64,000 bases of DNA from Neoechinorhynchus agilis (Eukaryota; Animalia; Acanthocephala). The notes beneath the pieces were generated by a model that saw nothing but the letters and a program-made list of their open reading frames with translations, ran no database searches and was not told the origin of the DNA. The first letter of the stretch is position 1, and every line of letters begins with the position of its first letter. Of the stretch, positions 10,441 to 21,360 are shown piece by piece. Location of the stretch: positions 992,001 to 1,056,000 of the forward strand of contig CM121341.1 of NCBI GenBank assembly GCA_051530055.1, given 5' to 3'. The translations under genes were made by a program, and so were the position numbers.

Positions 10441-10737
10441 TTTTTAGACAATAATAAAGTACGGAACGTGCAATCACCACCGTCCGCAAAATCTTAGCTT
10501 CTCTCCTTCCTCGACCGTCGCCATCACGCTGGCAGCATTGCCCCGTTGTACTGCCAGCGAGATATTTTGTCGAAGAAATAAGCCTGCTCGTGCGTCGCCG
10601 GTCGTTTCTCTCAATTTCTTCGAGAGATCCTGGAGCAGAGTGCCGAGCTGCCAAGCGCTCCATACGTATCTACCCCAAAGGGGACAAAATAGTGAGCCCT
10701 TGCTTGTCCCCTTCGGGGTCGAGACGTATGGCGCGCT
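10441..10737 (-). mobile_element. 5'-truncated CRE-like non-LTR retrotransposon with a 15-bp TSD
   Basis: Encodes LRQNISLAVQRGNAASVMATVEEGEKLRFCGRW*; GATTAAATCATTTGT flanks it at 10426-10440 and 10738-10752. Confidence 0.9.
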
Positions 10738-10962
10738 GATTAAATCATTTGTCCCTTTTAAGAACGGTTTTTTATTTCTCACGATCTTTCATCCTTTTTA
10801 GACTTTATATTATCAGAACTAATTGTACTAAAAAACTATCAAATATTTCAAAAAATATCCTGGGTTCCGATGGGAACGAAGGAACATCTTTTAGAATTCA
10901 ACATTCCGTTTCTAAATCGTTAATTTTCTGATAAAAAATAGTTAGCGGCCCTGGGTTCAACC

Positions 10963-11533
10963 ATTTTTCAAACCAATTGTCTTAATGATAAGAGGTTTTT
11001 AAAAAGACATTTCTTCCCTTTTTGCCACTTCACCGGCTCCTGAAACTTTAAGGGACAAGATTCGGGAAGGTGAAGTCCAAAGGAGACTTCCTCTTTCCCA
11101 CGGAACTATTTAATCGTTTCCCGTCATCTTTACTGATATCGACCGACTCGAGCATAGATGAAATATCCGCCGTTGGCTAAACCCTTGCTGTGGCGATTGG
11201 GCTTAGCTATCGTGTTTGGAACAATGGAATCGGTGGGTTAACCGGTCCGACGGCACCAGTTGTCTTAACGATGAGAGATTTTTAAAATGCAAAGCGACTT
11301 ATCAAGGCATTTCTCCCCTTTTTGCCACTTCACCGGCTCCTGAAACTTTAAGGGACAAGATTCGGGAATGTGAAGTCCAAAGGAGACTTCCTCTTTCCCA
11401 CGGAACTATTTAATCGTTTCCCGTCATCTTTACTGATATCGACCGACTCGAGCATAGATGGAATATCCGCCGTTGCCTAAACCCTTGCTGTGGCGATTGG
11501 GCTTAGCTATCGTGTTTGGAACAATGGAATCGG
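10963..11533 (-). mobile_element. Tandemly duplicated (about 300-bp period) CRE RLE-domain relic
   Basis: Two near-identical copies; the minus strand gives ESVDISKDDGKR / VPWERGSLL / DFTFP; homologous to 37240-37470. Confidence 0.7.
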
Positions 11534-12426
11534 TTTGTTACTTTGCTATCCCCGTCTTGGCACCGCACTTGCTCGCAGGGATTGAACAATCCACGAATAA
11601 ATGTAATATTCAAGCGAGAACAAAAGAGCGGTCATTTATTTTAGTATCAATCGACGGGAATTCCACGTCAAAAAATGATCATTTAAATATATGTATTCAA
11701 GGAAAAACTAAATATTTTGAACTCTTTTGGTCTGCGAATAAGTCTTTTTGATTAAATGATCAAAGATTAATTCCTGATCGGATTTTACAATGTTTATTTC
11801 CCCTTTTCTGAGTTTATCTTTGCCGTTTTAATCTTTCTGTTTGAAGATTGAATTGTTCATGTTTTTATATGACGGAAAAATAAAAAGAATTTAACTTACA
11901 AGCAAACTTGATAAACGCGTACAATATTGTGCGCCGAAATATCGGAATCAATAAATTCTTTTAATTATTTCGAAATACGAAAACAAAATTACTTTCTCTT
12001 ACGTTTCCCCGGATTGGCAATTTACTTTGAGGAAAGAAAAAAGCCTGCTTATTTTTATTAATTTCATGGCGCGTTCAAAATTTCACTTTCGTTTAACTAA
12101 ATTTATATTTGCAACCTTTTTTATACCTCTATAAACAGATTTTATATTTCTCAGGGAGAGCCTCATATGGATTTAAGACAGTTTAATATCAGGAGAGAAT
12201 CTTTCTCTTCTGCTATCAGTGGTCGGCCGTTTTATTTCTTCATCTGAAAAAATGCGACAATGCACTTTGATTTCAATTACTTTATTCCATTTCGTACACG
12301 AAGTTTTGTGCTCTGTATGGGTAGAATTTGCACTTTATTTTCTATTGATCAAACGAATTTCTCATTCTTTTTCTTTTATTATTGCTTTGATTTCTGAAAC
12401 ATAATATTTTAGAATTTTAATTTTAC

Positions 12427-12606
12427 TTGACATTTGTACGACCCAGATATAGTTGATTTATTTGCCTAGCTTTCGCTGTTTTACGGCTTCAACTGGGCAA
12501 CACGATCTAACGTCGTAAACACTTGCAAATAATTGCCCAGTTGAAGCCTTAAAACGGCGAAAGCTAGGCAAATAAATCAACTATATCTGGGTCGTACAAA
12601 TGTCAA
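12427..12606. mobile_element. MITE-like foldback, 74-bp arms with 2 mismatches and a 32-nt loop
   Basis: TTGACATTTGTACGACCCAGATATAG..CTGGGCAA (12427-12500) pairs with 12533-12606. Confidence 0.85.
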
Positions 12607-12696
12607 ATTAAAATTAAGACATGCGCCTGGAAAATCAAGCAGCGATTCACGCTATTAGACACTGGAGAAGTTTTAATCCGTTTTAGAATCGCGCTT

Positions 12697-14650
12697 ATGG
12701 TATCGGCATCAAGCCGTGCCACAATAAAAGGAGTAAATAATCTGTTCGGCGGGATGATTCGAACGACCAAATTATTTACACTTTCCATTTCTGGTTGGAT
12801 GTTACTCTCGGTTGTGGACAAGTGAGTAAATCCTATAAAGGATTCTAAATTTCAAATGCAAATAGGACTCCTGAACGCTGTAACATGCATTAACGCTGAT
12901 AAGCTGCATTCAATTCTTAATTCGAGAACAACAAATCCTAAACCACTTATTACAGTATCCAACCATACGAGTTGCATGGATGATCCTTTTATATGGGGTT
13001 AGTCAAATTTGAGATTGTCAGGCACACCACAAAGTTCGATTAGGTGAGGCCACGATTAAAAATAAGCTTTTAAAAGTACTAAAAATGTCAATTGGTTTTC
13101 AATGTCTGCCTTATGTATTTGTGAGTCCGGTGCTTCGATTTGAAAACTCTAAAACAGCAGAGCCCAATCTTTTCGTATACAAAAGGGGTCGGCCTCCAGG
13201 CAAAAGATTGTGAGCAAATATCGGATTTAATAAAATTCCTTCAATTTTTCATCGTAATAAACAAACATGAATAGCTCAATCTTCCAACACAAATTTTAAT
13301 TCTTTCTTTTGGTAGTTTGGCCACCCCGGATTAAAATTCACTAATCTATATTTCCCCGATATTTCACCTCTCGGATAATTCCGACATTTCATCAAGGTTT
13401 GTCATTGCCAATCATTAAAAGACGTTAGCAAATCCTGATAATGTCGGAATTATCCGAGAGGTGAAATATCGGGGAAATATAGATTAGTGAATTTTAATCC
13501 GGGGTGGTTTAACTCAGGAAGCAAATTTTAATGCTTTTCAGCGCAAATCAAACTTCAAACACAAATTTTAAGGCAACTATTTTGAAATGGACGTGGTTAA
13601 TCTATAGCGTTAGAAAGCAAAACCGATAAAAATTAAACCGAGATTTTGCACTCACCATTCTATGAAGTCCGTGGATGTGTTCGGCTCATGGTAAGAGACA
13701 GCAATGAGAAGATCCATCAGGGAAGCGGTATAAGTAGAAGATTAATAAAATTTGTATCTCTTCTGGAAAATATTAAGAAGACAGGGACTCTAGCAACATT
13801 GCGCTACCTTCTCGTTTCCCCTTCGTTCGAACGAAATGCACCGCGGGCGTAGGTTAGGCGTTTATTGTTCTAAAAGATAAAAATGAGCATAAATTTCCTA
13901 ACGAATTGATTCGATTCCCAACTCAATCTTTGTGTCCACTTTAAGGAGCACTGCTTAATGTTTCTCATTTTTGGAAATGTGATATGATAAGATACGGCTT
14001 GGGAGCATCGGATATTCTATTCACTAATCCATTGTTTTCTCGTTTCTTTTCTCTTGGACGAGTGATGGCTGTCAAAAGAGGTGAAGGCTTGCAACAGAAA
14101 TCAATGATGCGGGCCTTGGAACTCCTTGGACGCTGCGAATGGCTTCACATGTTCCCGGAAGGTTAGTATTTCTCCTATAGTTCACTTAATAGTTCCAACT
14201 TATTTGCAAAGGGAAAGTTGTAAACGATAAAAAGATTGGAAGATTGAAATGGGGTTGGTTTTACTTGTCTTCTTTAATGATTTCATATTTATTGCCAAAT
14301 TGACAGGAGTAGCAAGTTTGGTGATTGATGCACAGCTCCGATACGGCCACAGTCCAATGGTTCTTCCAATAATGCATTGGGGATTTGAAAACATTCTGCC
14401 CGTGCATCACTACTTTCCACGGATTAATAAACAAATAGGGATTATCGTAGGAGAAGAATTGGATTTTAGTCATTTGATCGATCAAATCGCTCGTCGTCAT
14501 ACGTCGATGGATCCTATAATTCTCAAGCAAGTGACAATGATTAAAATCACCGAAATAATAAGGGCCAATATGATCAAATTGTACAATCAATTAAACATTA
14601 GAATGATCAGTATAAGTAGAACAAGAGACAACAACAATCTGATCGGTTAG
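12697..14650 (+). CDS. TAZ: Tafazzin (cardiolipin transacylase), multi-exon; 5' structure uncertain
   Basis: Exons give LVGCYSRLWT|RLLN, PLITVSNHTSCMDDPFIWG (12866-12997), GASDILFT..FFSLGRVMAVKRGEG, WLHMFPEG|KV..LKWG and PMVLPIMHWG..ILP..YFPRINKQI..VGE. Confidence 0.92.
13321..13507. mobile_element. MITE with about 68-bp perfect TIRs inside a tafazzin intron
   Basis: CCACCCCGGATTAAAATTCACTAATC..GGATAATTCCGACATT (13321-13388) is the reverse complement of 13440-13507. Confidence 0.85.
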
Positions 14651-14844
14651 GAGACTCCGTTGAAATGACTAAAATATACGTGATCTCGGTTTAAATTTTT
14701 TAAAAAGATATGTATTTTTAACAATTTCTTAGACGATCGCCCACTTATCCGTTTAATATTCAATGCTTCAGCAGAACGATCTTAGTTTCTATGGCAACTA
14801 GGCATTTAAAAGAAGGTATAGATGATTTGTGGTAATTTTGAAGC

Positions 14845-15606
14845 ATGTCAAGACGTGGTTGGTCGTTTGAAAGCAACGGGGCCAGTGATATCGAAGAGGA
14901 AGAAACGGATTCTGATGATAGTTCGTCCGATCATCGTCGCCTAATTCGTACAGGGAGGAACTTTTTGCCCCGAATGCGTATGGACGACTTTGGCGAAATG
15001 GAAGGCGACGACGAAAGTTCAACGGATGATGACGGATTTTTTCAACTTTCACAATCTCTGACTCCACCCGGTCGGGTGATTCCAGATCCGGCAACCGATG
15101 AATTTATGCACCCAACTGAACGAGCATTTCTACAAGATTTGCGACGAGTAATTGGAGGATTATACCAAGCTTTGAACCAAATTCGGAGTACGGGAGCTAT
15201 ACATCAACGGGAAGCCGGCGACTTTGACCAGCTAGCTAGAAATATTAGTGGGATGAATTTTATGGTTGAAAGAAACATTTTTGACCCCGTTAGTGTTGTG
15301 TTGATCCGAAGACATTTATTCGGAGCCATGATCGATCTTAACGAATTATCTGCTAGATATCCATGGATCGGACGGATACATACTCATGCCCTTCGTGTTG
15401 ACATTGTCCACGTCTTAAATCTAATTGACAATCGACTCCAAGGTACGGATGGAGTACAATTTCGACGCAACTTTCTGTTTCACCACACCAATAATAGAAA
15501 TGGACGGGCAAGGCCACATAATGACTTCGCTCACATGGGTCCACCGGATAACAATAATCCAATGAATTCGGATGACGATGATGATAGTGACTATTGGAGT
15601 TACTAA
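14845..15606 (+). CDS. Intronless 253-aa protein of unknown function with acidic, low-complexity termini
   Basis: Long uninterrupted ORF in AT-rich DNA with protein-like composition; no family recognised. Confidence 0.7.
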   Translation: MSRRGWSFESNGASDIEEEETDSDDSSSDHRRLIRTGRNFLPRMRMDDFGEMEGDDESSTDDDGFFQLSQSLTPPGRVIPDPATDEFMHPTERAFLQDLRRVIGGLYQALNQIRSTGAIHQREAGDFDQLARNISGMNFMVERNIFDPVSVVLIRRHLFGAMIDLNELSARYPWIGRIHTHALRVDIVHVLNLIDNRLQGTDGVQFRRNFLFHHTNNRNGRARPHNDFAHMGPPDNNNPMNSDDDDDSDYWSY

Positions 15607-15635
15607 TAAATGCCGATGATGTTTATCATTAAGAA

Positions 15636-15987
15636 TTAAATCATCTTTACTGAATTATAGGGTATTTAAAAAAATTGTTCTCAAAATATCTTTATGCATA
15701 TGATCGCATTATTCAAAAAGTCTGAGCTCATATTTATTTTTGACATTTAATCTAAACATAAAAATCGATGGCTGATAGAGGTTAAAAGTATTTTGTAGAG
15801 GAAACTCACCGCCATTTTTAGATTCAGTGTTCAATCGCTTCGATGCATTTGCCATGGCGTCCCGTTTTTCTCGGATAGGAGCTGCAATATAGTATCCCAT
15901 TCCAATGCCGACAACAACAATAAACGTGAGGTCAAACCATTGGACTGCGCCGCGCCGTGGAGATAGAAATCTAAGGAAATACGACAT
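15636..15987 (-). CDS. Small single-TM protein, PIGBOS1-like; probable exons 15987-15811 and 15649-15636
   Basis: FDLTFIVVVGIGMGYYIAAPIREKR resembles the PIGBOS1 pattern ([25 protein letters not shown], recalled from memory); GTGAGT donor and TTCAG acceptor. Confidence 0.55.
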
Positions 15988-17229
15988 CTACAGAGAGATT
16001 ATTAAGAAAAATAAAAGATTTTGTTGGATCTACGGGTAAAAATGGGCGAAATAATGCCGGAAGGAAACATAATCGATTTAGCGTTAGATTCTACAATGAT
16101 CTTCCATGAAGCGAAAAATCAACGATCATTGTAAAACCTTTCAAAGGAACATAATTTGAAAATGATAAATTCAAACGAGTTTCAAAGGTCATATGAAGAT
16201 CAATGGAGCTCGGCAATAAGCTATTAATCATTTTTGGATGCTCTAGAAAATTCCATAGTTTCAAAGGAAATTTCTTTCGAGAATTAAACACTTGATGGTA
16301 CGTCTCTCATCCCTACGACCACAATTTAATTCTTCCTTTTGCATGAGCACTTTACTCGTAATCCTAATTCGTTTCATCCTCTCTCGGCCTTCGCTTCTTT
16401 TTCCATACTGCTCAATCTTCTCGGATATCATCGTCCGAGATGAAACCAACGTCGCAAACTCTCCGGCAAACAATAACCGCCAATCCCTACCCGAACGGAC
16501 ATCTTCCGACCGGATTTACCCATCCGACTGAACCCGTAATTCACTCAAAAATCAACAACCGCATGTTTATGAGGACAAGCACAAATAATAAAACGTGTTA
16601 TTATTATATAACAACAACAATTGAGCCCCAAGCATCTAACTATTTTTATCAGAGAATCAGTTGCACGATTCCAAGAAAGAGAATGCTGGATCCTTGAGAA
16701 AGTGGAATTATGAAAGACCAATTAAAAAATATTCGATTTGTAATTTATTCCCAAGGATCGCATTTGGGATGTGAGATGCGTAAATTGGAACACAAAATGC
16801 AAGGTTTTTCGCTGATTTACTTAAAACATTCTCTCAATCTCGCAAACGATCGAAGATTCGAAAACGATCTCGATTGATTTTGAGGGTGGTGTTCGTGAGA
16901 TATAAGTTTTTTTACTGATTCGGAAAGCCGTTTATATCATATAAAAGTAGCTAATGTCGTTCTTAGTAAAATGTTTGACCGAAATGGTTAGAGCAATTGA
17001 GGCATTTCATTTGTGATTTGACTTTAGTTGGGTTTTTGTGATTCAAAGATTTTTCGCTCTAATTTCGCTGAATTCGGCATTGTATTTTCTGCTATACCCG
17101 ATTTCCCACATTAATTTTACTACGACCCTCGATGATGGCGTATATTTTTAAAGAATCTACTCCTTTTCTTGTACTTGGACAATTTTAATAGATTGTCTCA
17201 AGTAGAATACAAATCTAAGTTGTTTTTTT

Positions 17230-18262
17230 ACAACCAACATAATATATTTTTAATAATTCAAACAATCTGTTTGAAGCACACTCACCACCTCCCGCCAAAT
17301 TCCAGCTTTTGTCCTCCCTCGACCGTCGCCATCACGCTAGCAGCATTGCCTCGTTGTACTGCTAGCGCGATATTTTGTCGAAGGAATACGCCTGCTCTTG
17401 AGTCTCGGGTTGCCTGTCTCAATTTCTTCGAGAGATCCTGGAGCAGAGTGCCGAGCTGCCGAGCGCTCCATACGTCTCTACCCCAAAGGGGACAAAATAG
17501 TGAGCCCTCGATAACTGAATATATTTCCGTATTTTCCTCCCTTCCGCTGCTGCTGGCTGCGAGGGTGTCCGCACACGTGGCGTCCCAGAGAAGACATATG
17601 CCCTCCCGCCACGGGAAGACCGAAATTCCATCGGGCCTACGGTCGTCTAGTCGACAAAGATGGGCGGGGTTCCAAGATGTTGGGGAAGTTCGCCGTTCTC
17701 AACGCCCGAGAAATTACGCTGTTGATCTCAGAATGGCGTGAGAACCTTTCTCCTGACTTTCGGCAAACGAGACCGTGTCGCCCGAAAGCATAAACCAAAG
17801 ATCCACCTCAACAGCGATGGGGCGTGCATATCGGGAGACCAAGTCTTAAGAACACTGCGATCCTCGTTACCTCATCAGTGAGAAGAGTTCCCACAGATGC
17901 CAGAGGAACAGCTTCCAACTACGCCCCCGATTCTCGTGTCGAAACTGCCAACAATCTAGCCCGGACGACCTTATCGCGAGAACCTGAAAGTAGAGGGCTG
18001 TGAGCTCTCGCGACGAGAGGTCTGTTCCAGATCGTCTGTCTGAGGCCATTCACGGCAACATGGTTAGCGCCTGTCTGCTGGCACCATTCCTCAACCGCCA
18101 CCACGAAATCCTGGTCAAGACAGAACTTTTCCTTCAAAATTTTCTTCGATACTGGTAGGCTCCCCTCAAACGATCCAAGAAAGGCCGGCAAAGCAAGGTC
18201 CACTAGTGCCCGAATCCCCAATCCCCCAGATGACACAGGCAAAGAAGCTTGTTGCCACGCCT
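17230..18262 (-). mobile_element. Longest CRE-clade retrotransposon relic (RT thumb, zinc knuckle and RLE), with stops and frameshifts
   Basis: [99 protein letters not shown] and AVQRGNAASVMAT. Confidence 0.93.
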
Positions 18263-19066
18263 AATCCGAGAGCTGGAATTTAAAATACGCTCGAGGCAAG
18301 CCCTCACCTTATCGTCGAGCTTTTTTGTTTAAAGATTTAATTATTTATTGATGATTGTTTGATTGACAATCCGACTGAAAGAGAGTTTATTGAAACACCT
18401 AGCTTTCGCCGTCCAACGGCTTCTTCAGGGTGTAATCTACAATGCGAGTGAAGTGGAGTGGAAGTTCACATTATTCATGTTTTTTATGGCGGAAAAATTG
18501 AAGGAATTTGGGTTAAATCCGATATCTCAGCGCACAATCTTGTGCCTGTAACAAGGTTGTTTAAGTGTTTCGATTGTTTTTCGCGTTTCCGCCATAAAAA
18601 ACAAATTAAGGTTTACTTTTTTTCGATTCAGACTCTCCATTTCCTTGCCTCCTTGAAGACACTCTTAAGACTAATGGCGTAATTTGTCACAATCAAGCAA
18701 AAACCTAATTTCGGTTACGGATAAGCGGAAAATGCTATCAATCAGACTTAAGCACCGTTTAAATGACTTTTATATCCTTGGCCCGTAAACCGTTGCACAT
18801 TTTGATCGACTAACGAATTATTAAGGACTTTAAAAATGCTTCTGAACCCCCGGATATGTGGAAAGGTCACACAGATCGCTTTCAACAACCCCGCCAAGTA
18901 GTACTCGATCGAAGTGTTTAATGGTGGATTCGACACTCGTTTTGTATTGTTTGTGAGTCGATTAAAGTGTTCATTTGTGAAGGATTGTTATGCGTCGGTT
19001 ATGAGAGGGTGCGTTCTCATTCACTTGCGAGTTGGAGATTAACAAATGTAACAAATCATCCGAAGA

Positions 19067-21360
19067 TTATTGAGACGAGGCTATTTTGTCATCTTCATGT
19101 GTAAGGGTTCCATTTAAATTGAACTTGAGTTGCTCGTTCTCACATTCAAGTCGCTTCCGTTCAATCACTTCACGACCTAATTTCTCGTTTAATCTCGTAG
19201 CTCGGATTTGTGCGGATCGGTTCTTCTCTTGCTGGATTCGTATCATCGCCAACAGATTCTCCTTTTCGCGTTCACACTTATCCAATCGATCACGAAGACG
19301 GCTAGCTTCAGCAGCCTCCGTCTTCAATTGTTCGCATCTACATCTCATCTGATACAACTCATCCATCTTGAGATCAAGAATGGATCTAAGACTCGTTACC
19401 TCATGTTCCAACATTGACCGAGAAAACTCTTCCACGCACGGTGCAACCACCGATACTCTTCGCTGCTTCTCTTCAATCACTCCATTAGGTCGCATCTTTG
19501 AACGTAGCCTTTCTATTTGCCGATCGAACACATCAATACGATCGCATACACCTTTGATCAATTTCGTACAATTGTTTGTAATTGTGTCCTTCATTTCGTA
19601 AACAATAGGAAAATCACCGAGCTTGTCGTTAAGTTTATCTACCCTTTGCTCGATAATCGATGCTCGGTCACTAAACTCACGTGTCAAAAGTTCCATCCGT
19701 ACTCGCAAAAGCTTAAATCCATTCAATACTTTCTGCTCATTTAACATGCCAATACTGCATTGCATTGCTTTTGGACAAGCAGAAATATCGCCCCAATGGC
19801 ATTGAACACCACGTTCAAATTTCTCAGGACGTTGTTTCAAAGACAGTAAAGGAACTACGGCTTGCTCCAGGATATCAAGTCGCGCTTTTAATTCGTCCAC
19901 GGTTGGTTGAGGATCAGTTGGTGTGGTCGTCGAAGCTGCGGGTTTCAGTGTAAGCTTGGTTCCACAAGTAAGGTCCGGCGTATGGTGTTTTTCATTCACT
20001 CTAGAGTTTCTGTATTCGGGAAACTCTTTCTTTTCAACGATAAGAATTTTTAGAGCCCTATAAATATTGAAATCTGCCGAAAAAAAGAATTTGCCCCAAG
20101 TAAGGCCGAACACGTGCGCCGGACCTGGTCTTCGGTTGTCGCCTAGACCGATGTATACATCCGGAGCCTCCTATTCTAACAGACGCTGCTGGCTGAGAAA
20201 CCATAATTGTCACGGACCCGGCATTCAAGGCTGGATTCATCGGTTCTGTTTGTGTCTCAGCAGTCGTAGTTCTTGACTCTGCTAGAACTACTGTATCCGT
20301 CGAACGATCTTTTTTCACTGCTGGTAAGTTTTCGCATTGCTGCTCTTGCTGGTTAGGGTTTGGTACTAAATGGGAGCGGGAGATGGAGGAGTTACGCAAA
20401 TCGATTGTTTCCCCTTAAAAAAAGAGATGTATTTTCTCTCATGTGCCCAGTGGCACCTGTCACAAGATAGCCCATTAGATTCCTATTAGATTTATCAAAT
20501 GTTACTGACATCTTCGAGGCATTCATCGGAAATGAGACGACATACCCCATAATCCCTCAGGAGTAAATATCCACCATAGCCACCGTTGAATCACGCAGTA
20601 GACGGCCACAATCAGGCTGATCTGCTCCATCAGTCGACGACCTTTGTCTTCGTTCATAAGGAGTTTAAATGACTAATAAAGCAGAATATTCCCTTCTCTA
20701 TTGTGGGCAACTGAGTCACCTAGCTTCCTCCTCTCCGTTTCCCAACAACCCCTAGGATATTATACCTTGTTTAGGCTGGCGTGTCGAGTGCCCTCTAACA
20801 TTGTCGGTGGTAATCGATCCCATTTCGTCTTCCTCCTTCGACTTACTTTCCTTCTGAGTATCGCTAGTCTAAATTGACAAACGTGATAATTGTGATAAAT
20901 TCGTCCACAACACTAACCAATGAATCTTTTGTGCGTGGTGTCGTTTTTGGGATATGACTCGAAGATCGCAATGATACCGGCGCAGAGGGAACTGCAGTTG
21001 GGATATTAGTGGTACCGAGCGTTGGTGTCGCTCCTCCTTCATTCACAGACATGCTAGATCGCTTTTGAGACGGGCGTTTCCCAAACGCCTTCGCAGCCAC
21101 ATTCAGGTACTTGGGCATGGTTGAGTTTGTCGAAGGCGGGGTCACTTTTCCGGGCCGTATCATTCTGGGTAATCGAGTGGATGTAGTCAGATTCGGGGAC
21201 CGGTCATTGAGGGCTGTCGGTGACCCTTTTTGCTTCATAATGCAATCTGTCACTGGAGTCGGTTCCTGAAATGATTGATTCAACATTTCGTCGTTTGAGT
21301 AGTGGGTGAGGAAGGTGCACCACCATTGGGTGTTCATACGAGCGAAAATGACACCCATGT
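19067..21360 (-). CDS. Multi-exon protein with Ser/Pro/Thr-rich N-terminal region and long C-terminal coiled coil; unknown family
   Basis: ORFs 20864-21358, 20058-20399 and 19067-20113; a phase-2 GT-AG intron joins ..RQPKTR|ALKILI..; heptad-rich C-terminus. The join to the 5' ORF was not fully resolved. Confidence 0.6.

Noticed and set aside
10538-10801. Plus-strand ORFs MPRCTASEIFCRRNKP.. (also 17169-17741 and 32368-32669)
   Set aside because: Antisense or alternative frames of the CRE 3' end, not independent genes.
16067-16700. Several short overlapping ORFs with intron-like signals next to the PIGBOS1-like start
   Set aside because: No consistent spliced model or recognisable motif could be built.
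19086-19953. Plus-strand ORFs overlapping the coiled-coil gene
   Set aside because: Antisense shadows of a real coding exon.
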